Positions 11,759 through 22,412 of a DNA stretch of 61,091 bases are shown piece by piece. A program made the translations under genes and the position numbers. Each line of letters starts with the position of its first letter. The first letter of the stretch is position 1. A model generated the notes under the pieces. That model ran no database searches and was not told the DNA's origin. It saw only the letters and a list, made by a program, of their open reading frames with translations. Origin of the DNA: a virus (taxonomy: Duplodnaviria; Caudoviricetes); the IMG/VR virus record IMGVR_UViG_3300043470_000556, positions 1 through 61,091 of that record; one strand, 5' to 3'.

Positions 11759-14700
11759 TTAGTTAAAATAAGTTACTTGACCAACATAATCCGAACCGAA
11801 GTCGCCATCAACATAGTCTTGCGTATTTACAATACCGTCTTCGGTGACTGTTACTGTTTCGAATAGTCCTTTAAGTGTATTTATAAGCGATTGTTCAGCA
11901 ACAGCAATAGAATCTATCGTTGCAGAGTCATTCGCCACAATTAATAATTCAGTTGCACCTGCATTGTCAGTTTTAACCAGATATGGAATTACGCCAGCGG
12001 TATCAGTTGACGTAACGGAATCAGTCAAATATTTATATAGATGATTGAATGATGTTTCAGTTGCATTTGCCTCATCTACATCAAACTCGTCACTACCCGT
12101 TGGACGTTCTATACCAGCAGCAGTATATTCATGTGTGATCACAGATTCTGTGAACGTTCTATAATACTCTACCGTTCTGGCGAATGTATCCGACTTGGTT
12201 GCCGTATCTGTTAGAGGTTTACTCATCACAAACGCTTGCGATTCTGAGGTATTCGTTATATCGGCAATAACTTTATTGAGATTGAATTGAGTATTTTCCG
12301 ACGAGACATAATTTTCGTCAAAGAAATCTTCAGCGTATGGTTCTTGTAGGAAAATTGCCTCTTGTAGAACCTTATCAAAGTCAGTTATTGCATTTTCAGC
12401 AGTAATGGTATTTTCGCTTACTTCACGAACGTACTGGACAACTCTATCAAATAGATCCGTAGTTGTTGTAGTATCATCTTCGTCTTCATAAATACCGATG
12501 TCAAAGTCAAAGGCAGTAGTTTCTGAAGTTGTAACAAGATCGGCAAGAACCTTATAAACATGACTGCTATTTGTATCTGCTACTGTCGCAGAGTCAGTAA
12601 GAACCTTGATAAACTCAACTTCGAAATAGAATTCGTTATTGCGATTAATACCACCCGAAGCAGAAAGTTCTTCGAGTACAAACTCATAGATATGCAGAGG
12701 TTGTATTGGTGTCGTAATATATTCGCTGAAGTCAACCGTCTGCTCGATGGTAAGTTCGCCGAAGATAGCAGTACCTGCTGGGTGAGTAGTATTCTTTACA
12801 ATATCCAACCATTTATTGGATGGAACATTTGATCGAACAACATATGAATAGTTTTGGTAGTAGAAGTTATCTTGTAGTCTGTTGACATTCGACAACATCC
12901 CACGCGAGTCTCTAAATCTACCCGTCTTAACGTTGACCGCACCTGTGGTAAATGACAGAGTAGCAGTGCATCCTAGTTCTGACTCAATTATCGCAGTGAA
13001 TGATTCGCGTTCAAAGTCAAACCCTGTATCGAAAATGCTTACTGCAGTTGGACAACCATCATCATCAACTGCATCGATTCTGATAGATGCCTTGTTATCT
13101 CTACCAACGAGAGTATATGGATTTATCGCTGTATCAGTTTCATTATACTTATTTAAAAAGTATCCAGAATTACTCGCTGTAGTGACGTATGTTAACCCTG
13201 TCAGCGTACCAGCAGTGGTTGATATAATACTGCCTGCAGTTGTTCGTAAAGTAAACCCAGTAACATTAGGCGATATACCAGTTACAGAAGAAACCTTATA
13301 GATAGTTCCTGAGGTATAACCACTAATAGCAGCAGTTCCTCCAAGAGTACCAGTAATTGTTACCGTATCATTGACTGCAAGTGTTGATGCACCACAAGTA
13401 AATTGACCCTCAGTTCCAGAAACAGCAACAGTTGCTGCCAACGTTCCGATTGTTCCTGGAGTTGTTTCAATTGTGTATGGACCAACCGAACCAGTTTCAT
13501 CTATACCAAAGATGTCACCTACTACGAACCCGCATGGTGGTGTTCCACTACAATCGGCAACATCGACTGATGCAAGTTGGCGAACAATATAACCATATCT
13601 TGTGATGATAGGTTCATCAGCAGTCCCCGAAACAATCTCAACTTTAGTGCGTATTGCTTCCGTGGAAAATGTAACAGCAGGTGCTGTGCTATACCCAGAA
13701 CCACCATTAGTAACTATGATATTTGATATTTGTCCAGAATCAGTTAATACTGCTCTTGCAGTTGCGCCGACACCCGTTTCCGAAGTAAACTGGATAGTTG
13801 GTGCTGCAAAGTATCCATTACCATTGTCGGAAAGAGGAGCATACAGTCTGTTATTTCCTGGATCAGCAGGAGCAATATTAATTGCAGTACCTAAAACTGC
13901 ATTGTTCGCAGTTAATGCTAATTTTATCTGGTTAGAATTTACAACGATTACATAATATGTGACATACTCTGTTAACCCACCAACAACATGACCTGCAGAT
14001 TTAGTATAGACTACAATATCACCAGTAGAATACCCGTGACTGTTTATTGTAATTATATTAGTGGAATCATTTACGCTTGTCGACGAATCAAATTCGGTAT
14101 AGTCGTCGCCAACTATCGCTTTAACTCTTCCATCTGAAACCAGCGCCTCGGCAACTGCGCCAGCGCCTGGAACTATAATTCTTGCAGTCTTTGGCAGACT
14201 TGTCACCAACTCATACACAGCAGGGAAAACGTAAGCAAATTTTGTAACATTGCTTATGTTGGTTTCAATCGTTCTTTCATATGTTACCGATGAGATATTC
14301 TCATAGTATGTGATTTTAATTGTTTTGCTGTTAAGATCAAAAGGATTTGCTGTGATCGATGAATCGACTGCCAGTTTTAGTGTTACGTCTTCGATCCAAA
14401 TACCATCAGATGCGCGAAGAATCTGCTCAGATGGATAGAAAATTTCAGTGCGTTCGTTATATAAGATTCTAAAGAGAAGTTCGATTGCCTTCTCAGAACC
14501 TTTTGCCTCATAGAACTGCTTGATGAATTTGATTAATCTTCTGTCATCAATTTGCGCATTAAGAGGAAAGTTCTGTGCATACTGGTGTTTAAACTTAGGG
14601 ATGAATGCATCAAGTGTTCTGTTGATGTCAAAATTCTTCTCGTAGTTGAGAAGGAAATTGTTTACCTGATTTTCTTCATCAAGAAACTCATAATACTTTT

Positions 14701-15055
14701 CTAAGAACGTGATGAATACAGGATACTCGGTGCGAACGAAATCCGGAAGTTGATTTGCAATTAGATGACTTAGTGATTGCTTGAAACCATTGTAACTGTC
14801 ATCGATATACACCATATTCGCAGTCGCTGCAGCACCATTTCCGTTGCCGCCTGTAAATGAGATAGATGGTGGCGAAAGATAATTATTTCCTGCAAATGTC
14901 ACTGTGATTGCAGTAACTCGTCCACCTGCAATAGTAGCAACTGCTGTTGCATTACCACCAATTACAACTGTTGGCGCAGAAGTATAATCTGCCCCGCCAT
15001 TTGTGACAGTTATACTGGCAACCTTTTTGTAGTATGAGGTGGTTTCTTCTGACAT
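11759..15055 (-). CDS. Baseplate wedge initiator gp7-like
   Basis: Motifs QLPDFVR..YP.F..FLEKYYEFL, FYEAKGS...LFRILY and LQDNFYYQNYSYV...HPAG; located between gp6 and gp8. Confidence 0.75.
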   Translation of the reverse strand: MSEETTSYYKKVASITVTNGGADYTSAPTVVIGGNATAVATIAGGRVTAITVTFAGNNYLSPPSISFTGGNGNGAAATANMVYIDDSYNGFKQSLSHLIANQLPDFVRTEYPVFITFLEKYYEFLDEENQVNNFLLNYEKNFDINRTLDAFIPKFKHQYAQNFPLNAQIDDRRLIKFIKQFYEAKGSEKAIELLFRILYNERTEIFYPSEQILRASDGIWIEDVTLKLAVDSSITANPFDLNSKTIKITYYENISSVTYERTIETNISNVTKFAYVFPAVYELVTSLPKTARIIVPGAGAVAEALVSDGRVKAIVGDDYTEFDSSTSVNDSTNIITINSHGYSTGDIVVYTKSAGHVVGGLTEYVTYYVIVVNSNQIKLALTANNAVLGTAINIAPADPGNNRLYAPLSDNGNGYFAAPTIQFTSETGVGATARAVLTDSGQISNIIVTNGGSGYSTAPAVTFSTEAIRTKVEIVSGTADEPIITRYGYIVRQLASVDVADCSGTPPCGFVVGDIFGIDETGSVGPYTIETTPGTIGTLAATVAVSGTEGQFTCGASTLAVNDTVTITGTLGGTAAISGYTSGTIYKVSSVTGISPNVTGFTLRTTAGSIISTTAGTLTGLTYVTTASNSGYFLNKYNETDTAINPYTLVGRDNKASIRIDAVDDDGCPTAVSIFDTGFDFERESFTAIIESELGCTATLSFTTGAVNVKTGRFRDSRGMLSNVNRLQDNFYYQNYSYVVRSNVPSNKWLDIVKNTTHPAGTAIFGELTIEQTVDFSEYITTPIQPLHIYEFVLEELSASGGINRNNEFYFEVEFIKVLTDSATVADTNSSHVYKVLADLVTTSETTAFDFDIGIYEDEDDTTTTTDLFDRVVQYVREVSENTITAENAITDFDKVLQEAIFLQEPYAEDFFDENYVSSENTQFNLNKVIADITNTSESQAFVMSKPLTDTATKSDTFARTVEYYRTFTESVITHEYTAAGIERPTGSDEFDVDEANATETSFNHLYKYLTDSVTSTDTAGVIPYLVKTDNAGATELLIVANDSATIDSIAVAEQSLINTLKGLFETVTVTEDGIVNTQDYVDGDFGSDYVGQVTYFN

Positions 15056-15058
15056 CTA

Positions 15059-16960
15059 TTATTCTTGCGAGTTAGCAATTGCAGTAACAGTCAGTCCTGC
15101 AGGAATATTTGCTAGCGAATTTGGTGCGCTTGTGTCTAGAGTTAACACAGTATTTCTAGCAGCGTATGGGAAAACTGCTGCCGTTGAAGTATTCGTAGTT
15201 GATGTCAGATCTGTCGTTAAGATATTTGGTGAATCACCAAACGGTTCAACATAGACTCTAATAGTATTGTCTAACGTGGATTCTGTTCCCGAATTAATGA
15301 GAAGATCGGTAATAGTAACAACACCAGTCGTATAGTCGACAGTTCCTACGTTGGATAGAACAATAACATCATCTGATACACGTTTCATCACAAGAGTTCC
15401 AATATCGCCAACTGTTGTATCATGTTGATCAGTTATATAAACCACATATTCCTGTGTTCCGATAGTCGTATTGAAAGTCGTAGTCTTTAATGTTTCAATT
15501 TCTAACGGTCCATTAAATCTTACCACGTAATCCTCAGGAAAATCTCCTGAAAATATCGGAATTCGTTTGTGCATCAGTACTTGAATGCTCGCAGAGAAAA
15601 TCGACTGGGTCGTTCCGACTACCGCCGAAAGCAATTTGGAATAATAGAAGTTCTTCTGTAACTTATTAACATTATTTGTGAAGAAACTTTGCACAACTGC
15701 TCTGACCTCAGACTCAATTCTAGAGGAGGTAAGAGATGTAATTGTCTTATTGTAGTTGACTGAAATATTCAATCCGATATATGTCTCGATCGGATCTACG
15801 AATTCGGGTTGAATAGAAACAACACTTCGCGGTCTAATAATATCTCTAGCAATAATATCTTTATCTGATTGTGAGATAATTGAACCAGGTAATGGTTGAA
15901 TAGAGACAAAAACTTTACCATAAATTGGAGGATTGTTTTCTTCACCACCCCAAACAGCAATAGAATTGATATTCCCAAACCTTGATCTGATCAATGTTTC
16001 ATAATCATCAGATGTCACAACACGATTCTTAGTGGAATTAAATTTCGGAGCATTGTAACGAATACTATCTATGCTTTCCTTTTCGCTACCGCCAGTAGCA
16101 GCAGATCCTAGATATACGAGTTTACTTTCGCCCGAAGCAGTGAAAGTTCTTGATGCTGAAAAGTTGGGAATAGAGTTCGCTGCTGAACCACTGCTTACGA
16201 CATAATCAATGATAACAATATTACCAACTTGTAGTTGCTGTCCAACAATATCATCACCAAATCTTATCTCATATAATCCAGATGGACCTTCTTCAACAAA
16301 AAATGCTCTAGTTGTTCCATCAACTGATACAATATCATCGTAGAAGTTCCATGTAGTAATTGATGTAACAGTGTTTGATTGTTGTACTCTAACTCTTATG
16401 GTAGTAGTATCAATATTACCATTTGGTAAAACGAATGGTCCAGATTTATTAGATTGATCAACAACGAATGTATTGGTTACTCGTTTGCCTTCGATCAGTT
16501 CCATCGGGAAACTGAATCCTGTTTGACCTGTTTCAAGAACAACTAATCCAGAAACATAATCTTCTCTCGGGAAGAAAGTATATGTGTTCTTTGCTGTTTT
16601 TGCCGTGAACGGTGTATCGCGTGTCACAGTCAAACTTGTATTGGTAAAAGATTCTGGTGGTCTAATTTGCAATGTGATATTTGCACGAGCAGATCTTCTT
16701 GATGTCGGTGTATATCCTAATGTTTTCGCAATAGATGTAACTGAGTTTCTCTTGATGGCGCTATCAATGAACATTTCATTTGCTTGAAGATGCGCGAGAG
16801 TTGCATTATAGTGTGTGTTATATGCAAGAATATCAAGAAGTATAGTAAGACCAGATCCATCAAAGTTGTAATCTTGGAACTCCTCTTGCGATTGCATGAA
16901 GGTTTTTAGATTTTCTTTGATGGTTGCAAAATCTAATTCAGTAACATTGAGTTGAGACAT
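15059..16960 (-). CDS. gp6: Baseplate wedge subunit gp6
   Basis: Motifs ELDF..IK.NL, DYNFDGSGL..LLDILAYNTHY and AVWGGEEN.PP.YGKV. Confidence 0.92.
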   Translation of the reverse strand: MSQLNVTELDFATIKENLKTFMQSQEEFQDYNFDGSGLTILLDILAYNTHYNATLAHLQANEMFIDSAIKRNSVTSIAKTLGYTPTSRRSARANITLQIRPPESFTNTSLTVTRDTPFTAKTAKNTYTFFPREDYVSGLVVLETGQTGFSFPMELIEGKRVTNTFVVDQSNKSGPFVLPNGNIDTTTIRVRVQQSNTVTSITTWNFYDDIVSVDGTTRAFFVEEGPSGLYEIRFGDDIVGQQLQVGNIVIIDYVVSSGSAANSIPNFSASRTFTASGESKLVYLGSAATGGSEKESIDSIRYNAPKFNSTKNRVVTSDDYETLIRSRFGNINSIAVWGGEENNPPIYGKVFVSIQPLPGSIISQSDKDIIARDIIRPRSVVSIQPEFVDPIETYIGLNISVNYNKTITSLTSSRIESEVRAVVQSFFTNNVNKLQKNFYYSKLLSAVVGTTQSIFSASIQVLMHKRIPIFSGDFPEDYVVRFNGPLEIETLKTTTFNTTIGTQEYVVYITDQHDTTVGDIGTLVMKRVSDDVIVLSNVGTVDYTTGVVTITDLLINSGTESTLDNTIRVYVEPFGDSPNILTTDLTSTTNTSTAAVFPYAARNTVLTLDTSAPNSLANIPAGLTVTAIANSQE

Positions 16961-16961
16961 C

Positions 16962-17360
16962 TTATCTACTTCTTCTTAGAACAGTTGAAAATGAAACGGG
17001 TTCCGCAACCCCGACAACATAAAAATATATGGTTACATTAAATGCATTCTGATCAAAGAGAGGCACAACATCTATCTGCTGCGATCTAACTCGTGGTTCA
17101 TACTTATTAATTAATAATTCTAATCGCAATTTCAACGAATTGGCAGTAACAATATCAACATTCTCAAACATCATACCGTAGATCGGCGAACCAATCTTTG
17201 GTTGAAACGGTCTTTCGTAGAAGTTCGTGAGAACGAGAAGTTTCAGTGCTTGTTTTACAGCATTAACATCGAACTTCCTCGCAACGTCACCCGTGATTGG
17301 GTGCGCTGCGAAGGATAAGTCTAGATCCGAATAGATTCTGTTTACTGTTTTTGTTGTCAT
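16962..17360 (-). CDS. gp25: Baseplate wedge subunit gp25
   Basis: Motif YSDLDLSF..HP.TGD...AVKQ...LT..YERPF.P.IG...YEPRV. Confidence 0.92.
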   Translation of the reverse strand: MTTKTVNRIYSDLDLSFAAHPITGDVARKFDVNAVKQALKLLVLTNFYERPFQPKIGSPIYGMMFENVDIVTANSLKLRLELLINKYEPRVRSQQIDVVPLFDQNAFNVTIYFYVVGVAEPVSFSTVLRRSR

Positions 17361-17365
17361 ATAGT

Positions 17366-17373
17366 TATTTATA
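17366..17373 (-). promoter_or_regulatory. T4-type late promoter TATAAATA upstream of gp25
   Basis: Exact consensus just upstream of the gp25 start. Further exact copies are at 9792-9799, 11878-11885 and 12030-12037. Confidence 0.75.
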
Positions 17374-17381
17374 TCAACTTC

Positions 17382-20300
17382 TTAGACGGTCGGAAGTTGT
17401 TTGAAATATCCTTTCGATATATATTTTCCAGTTGGACCGACCATAGTTCCACTCATCCCTGCACGTTGTTTTCCATCTCTATATACCCAACCTACGTGAA
17501 TCCAACCACTACCAGATTTTCCTGGTGTAAACTCGAGTAAGATTTGATCGTGTTTACAATTTTCGGTAATCCATTTTGCGATTTTAATAAATTCTTTCTT
17601 GCTTCTACCACCAATTCCTTCGATATCGGCAGCAGCACCATAACCATGAGCGCCTGGATCAACTCCTCCCCTAGTAGGGTGATGACTTCTATATGCGCAA
17701 GAAAGTTTGAGTTTACCCCATTTTGCTTGCGTAGGTTCAAGAATATTGACACAGAGACAACGCAAGTTATTGATGATGTCAGCTACTGTATGCCCATGTG
17801 GAGATTTGCGCAATCCCTTCCACCCATCTGGGCAACCATTACTTGGAAACACACAGAGGTCTTTAAGTTTGAAATTGGGCGATAGTTGCAGATTGCCATC
17901 ATACTTCCCAGACAATGGTGGTAATTGCACTGTTTTACCGTCGAGTATAACTGCGTTGCACGATTTCGTTGCAACACCAGAAGTACTCGGAATCATTCCA
18001 GTTGATGTTTCTGGGTCACCAGTATCGGATGTAGATGTATCATTTCCAGCAGTTGATGGATCAGCATCTGTATTAACACAATCTGGATTATCTCCGTCTG
18101 CGGGAGGAGTATCATCACCATCAGAATTCATGACATCGTTTTCACCATCATACCCAGTAGTAACATCATTAGTGGTGCGTTCGACAGGTTGTGGTGCAGA
18201 TACGGATACAGGTTGTTCTAGTTCGTATGTTACTGGGAGTTTTGCTGCAACCGCACAAACTGCATCTTCAGCGGATCCTGCAGAACCAGCAGATGAAGGA
18301 GCAGTAACAGAAGCAGAACCTCTGATATTTGTAACATCACCGCTGGATTCGTCGTTACCAATCAGATTGGTAGTTGCTGCCCGTAGAGTTGTAACATCTA
18401 GTGTAGAGGTTTTGATTGGTGCTGCAAGAACTGTCGGAGCGTTCAAACTTATGTCTCCTGCACTTTGTGCATTAATAGTTCCAGCAGATTTAATATTAGC
18501 ATTACCAGTCGATTCTTGATTGATCATACCAGCAGTTTTTAAGTTAATATCACCAGTCGATTCTTGATTGATCATACCAGCAGTTTTCAAGTTAATATCA
18601 CCAGTGGATTTAGCAAGAATTTCTGCATCAGTGCATAGGTTCATGTTACCAGTTGAATGATTAAAGAACGATCCGCCAGATTTGATATGCGTATTAACCT
18701 TGGATGTCAGGTTCAACCCTGCATTTGTTGTCAGATTATATTTACCAGTAGTCTTGGTAGTGACTGCTCCTGTTATTTCAGCATCAACCTTACCTTCATT
18801 TTTAACAGAAATATCACCTTCGTTTCTGAGATAGATACCATCTTGTACTGAAAGACCAAGCGATCCACCAATGTTGACATTAACGTCATTATGGATGTCA
18901 AGACTGACTTTACCGTGCATAGTTAGTGCAGTGTCATTCATAATAAACACATTACATTGTCCTGCAATGTGAACGTTGGCATTACCTTCAATTAAAACGA
19001 AACCATCTTTTTCTACGATAGAATACCCATTACCCACAATTTTATTTACTTGAGTTCCATCAGGTCCAGTCTCAGTAAAGGTTCCTGATCTGTGGGCAAT
19101 ATTTAATCGTTCGAATCCAGGAGTGTCGTCGATTTCTAATGCGTGTCCAGATTCACCTGCAAAAACTTTGTTAAATGGATACTTCGCAGCGTACGGAGTC
19201 GCTGGTTGTTCCCACGTGGATCCAGAACGACCTGCCATCTTTACCGCACGTTTTCTTGATGCATTTCTTGCTGCTGGTGAAGAACCCAATGACTGTGAAG
19301 ATTTATCACCTGCAGATGTTCTTGGGTCTGGGTTGATATTTTTAGAATTTACCCCAAGCGCAAGAGTATTAGTATCTGGTTTATTTACATAGTCTGGTTT
19401 AGGATATGATTTATTTGGATCTGCGAAACCTTTCTCAATTGGTTTTTCTACATTAGTGCCTTCGTGCGTCGGGAGAGCATTAGCAGATGGAGAATTTATT
19501 TGAGAAGTAGGTTCTGCTGATCTTGTATTGTGTTCGATACCATTGTCTAGAGTATTCTGAGAAGAACCTTTTAACGGTGCGTCTACCTTTTCTACTGTCT
19601 TGGTTTGTGTTACTGTTCCGTCTGCATCTGTTGTTGTAGTAACAGTTGTTACCGCACCAGATGATTGAACAGTTGAAACAGATGATGTAGAACTCCCGTC
19701 AGCAGAAGTTTGTGTTGCTTGTGAGATTGCGGAAGAAATTGTTTGCGTATCTGTAGTAAAGTTTGATTGAATTTCATTCTTCGCTGATACGCATGCATCA
19801 TATGTAAATTTTAATCTAGATCTATCTGCTTCTTGCGCTTTAGCATCAAGTTGCTTAATGAGAGTTTCTACGTCAGCGGGATCATCGAAAGCAATTGTTT
19901 TGTTGCTTTCAACATCATCAGTTTTAGTATTCTCATTAGTAGTTTTTAACTGTTTCAGTGCGGTAACAATAGATGGATATGTTTGGGGCAACCATTCCAC
20001 TACAGTTTCAATAGCAAGCAACCAAGTTCCACCAGATCCTCTACCATGTAGAGAATCACGTTCTGCTGCTTTTATTTGATTGAGTTTAGTTGCTGCATTG
20101 GAAGCGAGAGTCGCTGAATTTATATCTGACCCCTCAAATAAAACTCTTCCATTATCGACTCTATCCACAACAGAGAGTTTAAAAGTTTCTGCGCCAAGTT
20201 GTTCTAATGTCGTCACAATACCATTCTGTATAAAACTGAATGGATTTGTTACTGATGTGATGAACCCGCCAGAACCAAGAACACTAGCAGTTTTCTTTGT

Positions 20301-21395
20301 GGCAGTAACAACCTTAGCAGAGATAGTTCCAGCAGGAGTTAATTCATATGTGATCGTTCCATTATTAATTGTCTTAACAATTTTCTTAGGGACTTCTTTT
20401 GCCTCTGCAGGGGAATTAGATGTTTTTGTAGTTTCGACAGTAGTTTGTCCGACAGGTGTCTCAGGTTCAACTGCTGGAGGAGGTGTTACTTCTTCGTCCT
20501 TAACTACACTGGTAGTACCAGGAATTGGTCCAGGTGTTGCAACCTTTTCCGTTGGTAGTGCAACTGCATTGTACCCAACATCGAACCAGTACTTTGCAGA
20601 TATACCGCTTGTGTCTGTCTTAATGTTTCCTCGCAGATAGTTTTGCGCAGAATCAATATCCCAGCACAATGATAATGCCAAGGCACCAGCAAGAGTTTTT
20701 TTATCGACACTTTCATTTATTGCGCGAGATGTTAATAATAATTGATATGAAAATTTCAGTAGATTTGATGCAGCAAGATCTTGTAGTTGAGGTTGTTCAA
20801 TAAATCCAGTATGCATATCAATTGGATTTTGCGATGCTAACTCTGGATGAATAGAAACATTAAACCGAGGATCGCTTCCATTTACTATATAAATTAACAT
20901 ATAGTATAATGCATTATTGCGAGCATTAACAGGCGCTTGAATTATTCTTGTTTGTTTAGCGTTGTTGTACTTTGCGAATCGACTATACCAACTTTCATAT
21001 TCCTCGTTACCTTTCGAGGGAACAGGAATATTTGGCAGATTATTGCTGATCCATTTATTTAAATCGCTGCCGAATATTCCAGCATCAATAAGTTGCGTTG
21101 TGCCGAGTTTATATACGCCATACTCACCATCTGCATGAACAACAGTAAATTTCCATTGGTCACCAGTTTGTGTTAGTTGACCACCCTTTACTTCTAATAA
21201 GTTGTATCCAGGACCAGGAGGCGTTTGCCCGAAGTTATATACCTTATTATAATATTGTAGAGTCATCGCTTTTTGAATTTCTTTCAAAAGCGTAACTACA
21301 TCATCGCGAGTCAGAGAACCAATGGTCTCATCCTCAATCATGTTGATACTATCGACTGTTGTAAAATACGGCGTAAATGGATTATATTTTATCAT
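17382..21395 (-). CDS. gp5 C-terminal-type spike protein: degenerate lysozyme-like N-terminus, gp5 beta-helix region, C-terminal peptidase M15-like domain
   Basis: gp5 motif YPFNKV...SGH.LEIDDTPG.ERL...HRSGTF.E followed by 8-residue beta-helix repeats. The C-terminus LSPNF.L...LEP...AYRS...H..G.AAD...DQ.LLE...WIHV has peptidase M15A zinc ligands. Confidence 0.8.
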   Translation of the reverse strand: MIKYNPFTPYFTTVDSINMIEDETIGSLTRDDVVTLLKEIQKAMTLQYYNKVYNFGQTPPGPGYNLLEVKGGQLTQTGDQWKFTVVHADGEYGVYKLGTTQLIDAGIFGSDLNKWISNNLPNIPVPSKGNEEYESWYSRFAKYNNAKQTRIIQAPVNARNNALYYMLIYIVNGSDPRFNVSIHPELASQNPIDMHTGFIEQPQLQDLAASNLLKFSYQLLLTSRAINESVDKKTLAGALALSLCWDIDSAQNYLRGNIKTDTSGISAKYWFDVGYNAVALPTEKVATPGPIPGTTSVVKDEEVTPPPAVEPETPVGQTTVETTKTSNSPAEAKEVPKKIVKTINNGTITYELTPAGTISAKVVTATKKTASVLGSGGFITSVTNPFSFIQNGIVTTLEQLGAETFKLSVVDRVDNGRVLFEGSDINSATLASNAATKLNQIKAAERDSLHGRGSGGTWLLAIETVVEWLPQTYPSIVTALKQLKTTNENTKTDDVESNKTIAFDDPADVETLIKQLDAKAQEADRSRLKFTYDACVSAKNEIQSNFTTDTQTISSAISQATQTSADGSSTSSVSTVQSSGAVTTVTTTTDADGTVTQTKTVEKVDAPLKGSSQNTLDNGIEHNTRSAEPTSQINSPSANALPTHEGTNVEKPIEKGFADPNKSYPKPDYVNKPDTNTLALGVNSKNINPDPRTSAGDKSSQSLGSSPAARNASRKRAVKMAGRSGSTWEQPATPYAAKYPFNKVFAGESGHALEIDDTPGFERLNIAHRSGTFTETGPDGTQVNKIVGNGYSIVEKDGFVLIEGNANVHIAGQCNVFIMNDTALTMHGKVSLDIHNDVNVNIGGSLGLSVQDGIYLRNEGDISVKNEGKVDAEITGAVTTKTTGKYNLTTNAGLNLTSKVNTHIKSGGSFFNHSTGNMNLCTDAEILAKSTGDINLKTAGMINQESTGDINLKTAGMINQESTGNANIKSAGTINAQSAGDISLNAPTVLAAPIKTSTLDVTTLRAATTNLIGNDESSGDVTNIRGSASVTAPSSAGSAGSAEDAVCAVAAKLPVTYELEQPVSVSAPQPVERTTNDVTTGYDGENDVMNSDGDDTPPADGDNPDCVNTDADPSTAGNDTSTSDTGDPETSTGMIPSTSGVATKSCNAVILDGKTVQLPPLSGKYDGNLQLSPNFKLKDLCVFPSNGCPDGWKGLRKSPHGHTVADIINNLRCLCVNILEPTQAKWGKLKLSCAYRSHHPTRGGVDPGAHGYGAAADIEGIGGRSKKEFIKIAKWITENCKHDQILLEFTPGKSGSGWIHVGWVYRDGKQRAGMSGTMVGPTGKYISKGYFKQLPTV
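18504..18610 (-). repeat. 48-nt tandem duplication in the gp5 beta-helix (STGDINLKTAGMINQE x2)
   Basis: Direct repeat of 'accagtcgattcttgattgatcataccagcagtttt'. Confidence 0.85.
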
Positions 21396-21404
21396 AGTTA
21401 TACC

Positions 21405-22409
21405 TTAAACTTTGTATTTATTTCTGTAGTATGCGAATTTCTTTTTTCTATCAGCAAGTCCAAGCACTCCACCATTAATTTGCCTGGTTACGTACTCGAC
21501 ATCACCCCATCTATTATTTTTACCGACTTTAGGTCGTTCTACGTTGAAATACCAAAGTAGTATTTCTGCTGCGACCTCTTTAGTTGCTGCTAAATCTGGA
21601 TTTTGTTCCAATGGTTTTTTAATGTATTTCCCACAGTTTCGATAACTATTTTTCCATGTAAGTCCTAGAAATCCTCTTCCGCGATATTTCTTACCATCTC
21701 CTGGTTGTGTATTACCATTTTGTCTCGCTCTTTGCCTGCCGTCTGCATGAATACTTTGAATATCATAACCGCTATGTACTTTTTTCCCGCGATTGAGACC
21801 AGAAATAAAATATTCGTCGCTACCAACTTCAGTCATTCTCGTGAATCCGCCAGATTCGTGTGAGCATTGTGCCATGATCATAGCTTTAGCAAGTGGAGTA
21901 TATCCGTTTATTTTCTTTCCATTAATATCTAACCAAGATGACAAATATTCTTCTAGATTTTTCGCATCGCCCGTTGGTTGAGTCACTTCACCAATATCAC
22001 CACCAGTATCAGTCCCCCCGCTGCCTGTTGCATCATCACTAGAAGATCCAGATCCCTCGGATGGTGCGCAATTTGCAGATGCCAACCCACCAGGAATTGA
22101 ACCGACTGTACCGAAGAACATAGGGTGTTGACCGTTTTCACCGTCCGCGAAAAATCCAACAACCCAAGAACCCTCTACTGCGCCTGTTGGTGACCACCCA
22201 ACACCAGAACTTCCCGCCGAGTTTGCAGGCATTACAGGTATTGCCCATGGAAGGTCTTCTGCAGGAAGTACTTCATTATCTTCAGTGTGATACCCAATAA
22301 TTCTTACTCGGCATCTACCTAGTCGCAGCGGATCGTTTCGATCCTCAACCACACCAAACCACCAATAAAAGTTTGCATTATTGTTAGATGTAATATTGTC
22401 CATTGCCAT
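21405..22409 (-). CDS. gp5: gp5 N-terminal OB-fold fused to a glycoside hydrolase family 19 (lysozyme/chitinase) domain
   Basis: WWFGVVEDRNDPLRLGRCRVRI.GYH...LPWA...WVVGFF.DG matches the gp5 OB-fold. MAQCSHESGGF...GN.QPGDG.KYRGRG...LT...Y...T..INGG..GL.DR matches GH19. Confidence 0.88.
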   Translation of the reverse strand: MAMDNITSNNNANFYWWFGVVEDRNDPLRLGRCRVRIIGYHTEDNEVLPAEDLPWAIPVMPANSAGSSGVGWSPTGAVEGSWVVGFFADGENGQHPMFFGTVGSIPGGLASANCAPSEGSGSSSDDATGSGGTDTGGDIGEVTQPTGDAKNLEEYLSSWLDINGKKINGYTPLAKAMIMAQCSHESGGFTRMTEVGSDEYFISGLNRGKKVHSGYDIQSIHADGRQRARQNGNTQPGDGKKYRGRGFLGLTWKNSYRNCGKYIKKPLEQNPDLAATKEVAAEILLWYFNVERPKVGKNNRWGDVEYVTRQINGGVLGLADRKKKFAYYRNKYKV

Positions 22410-22412
22410 ATT

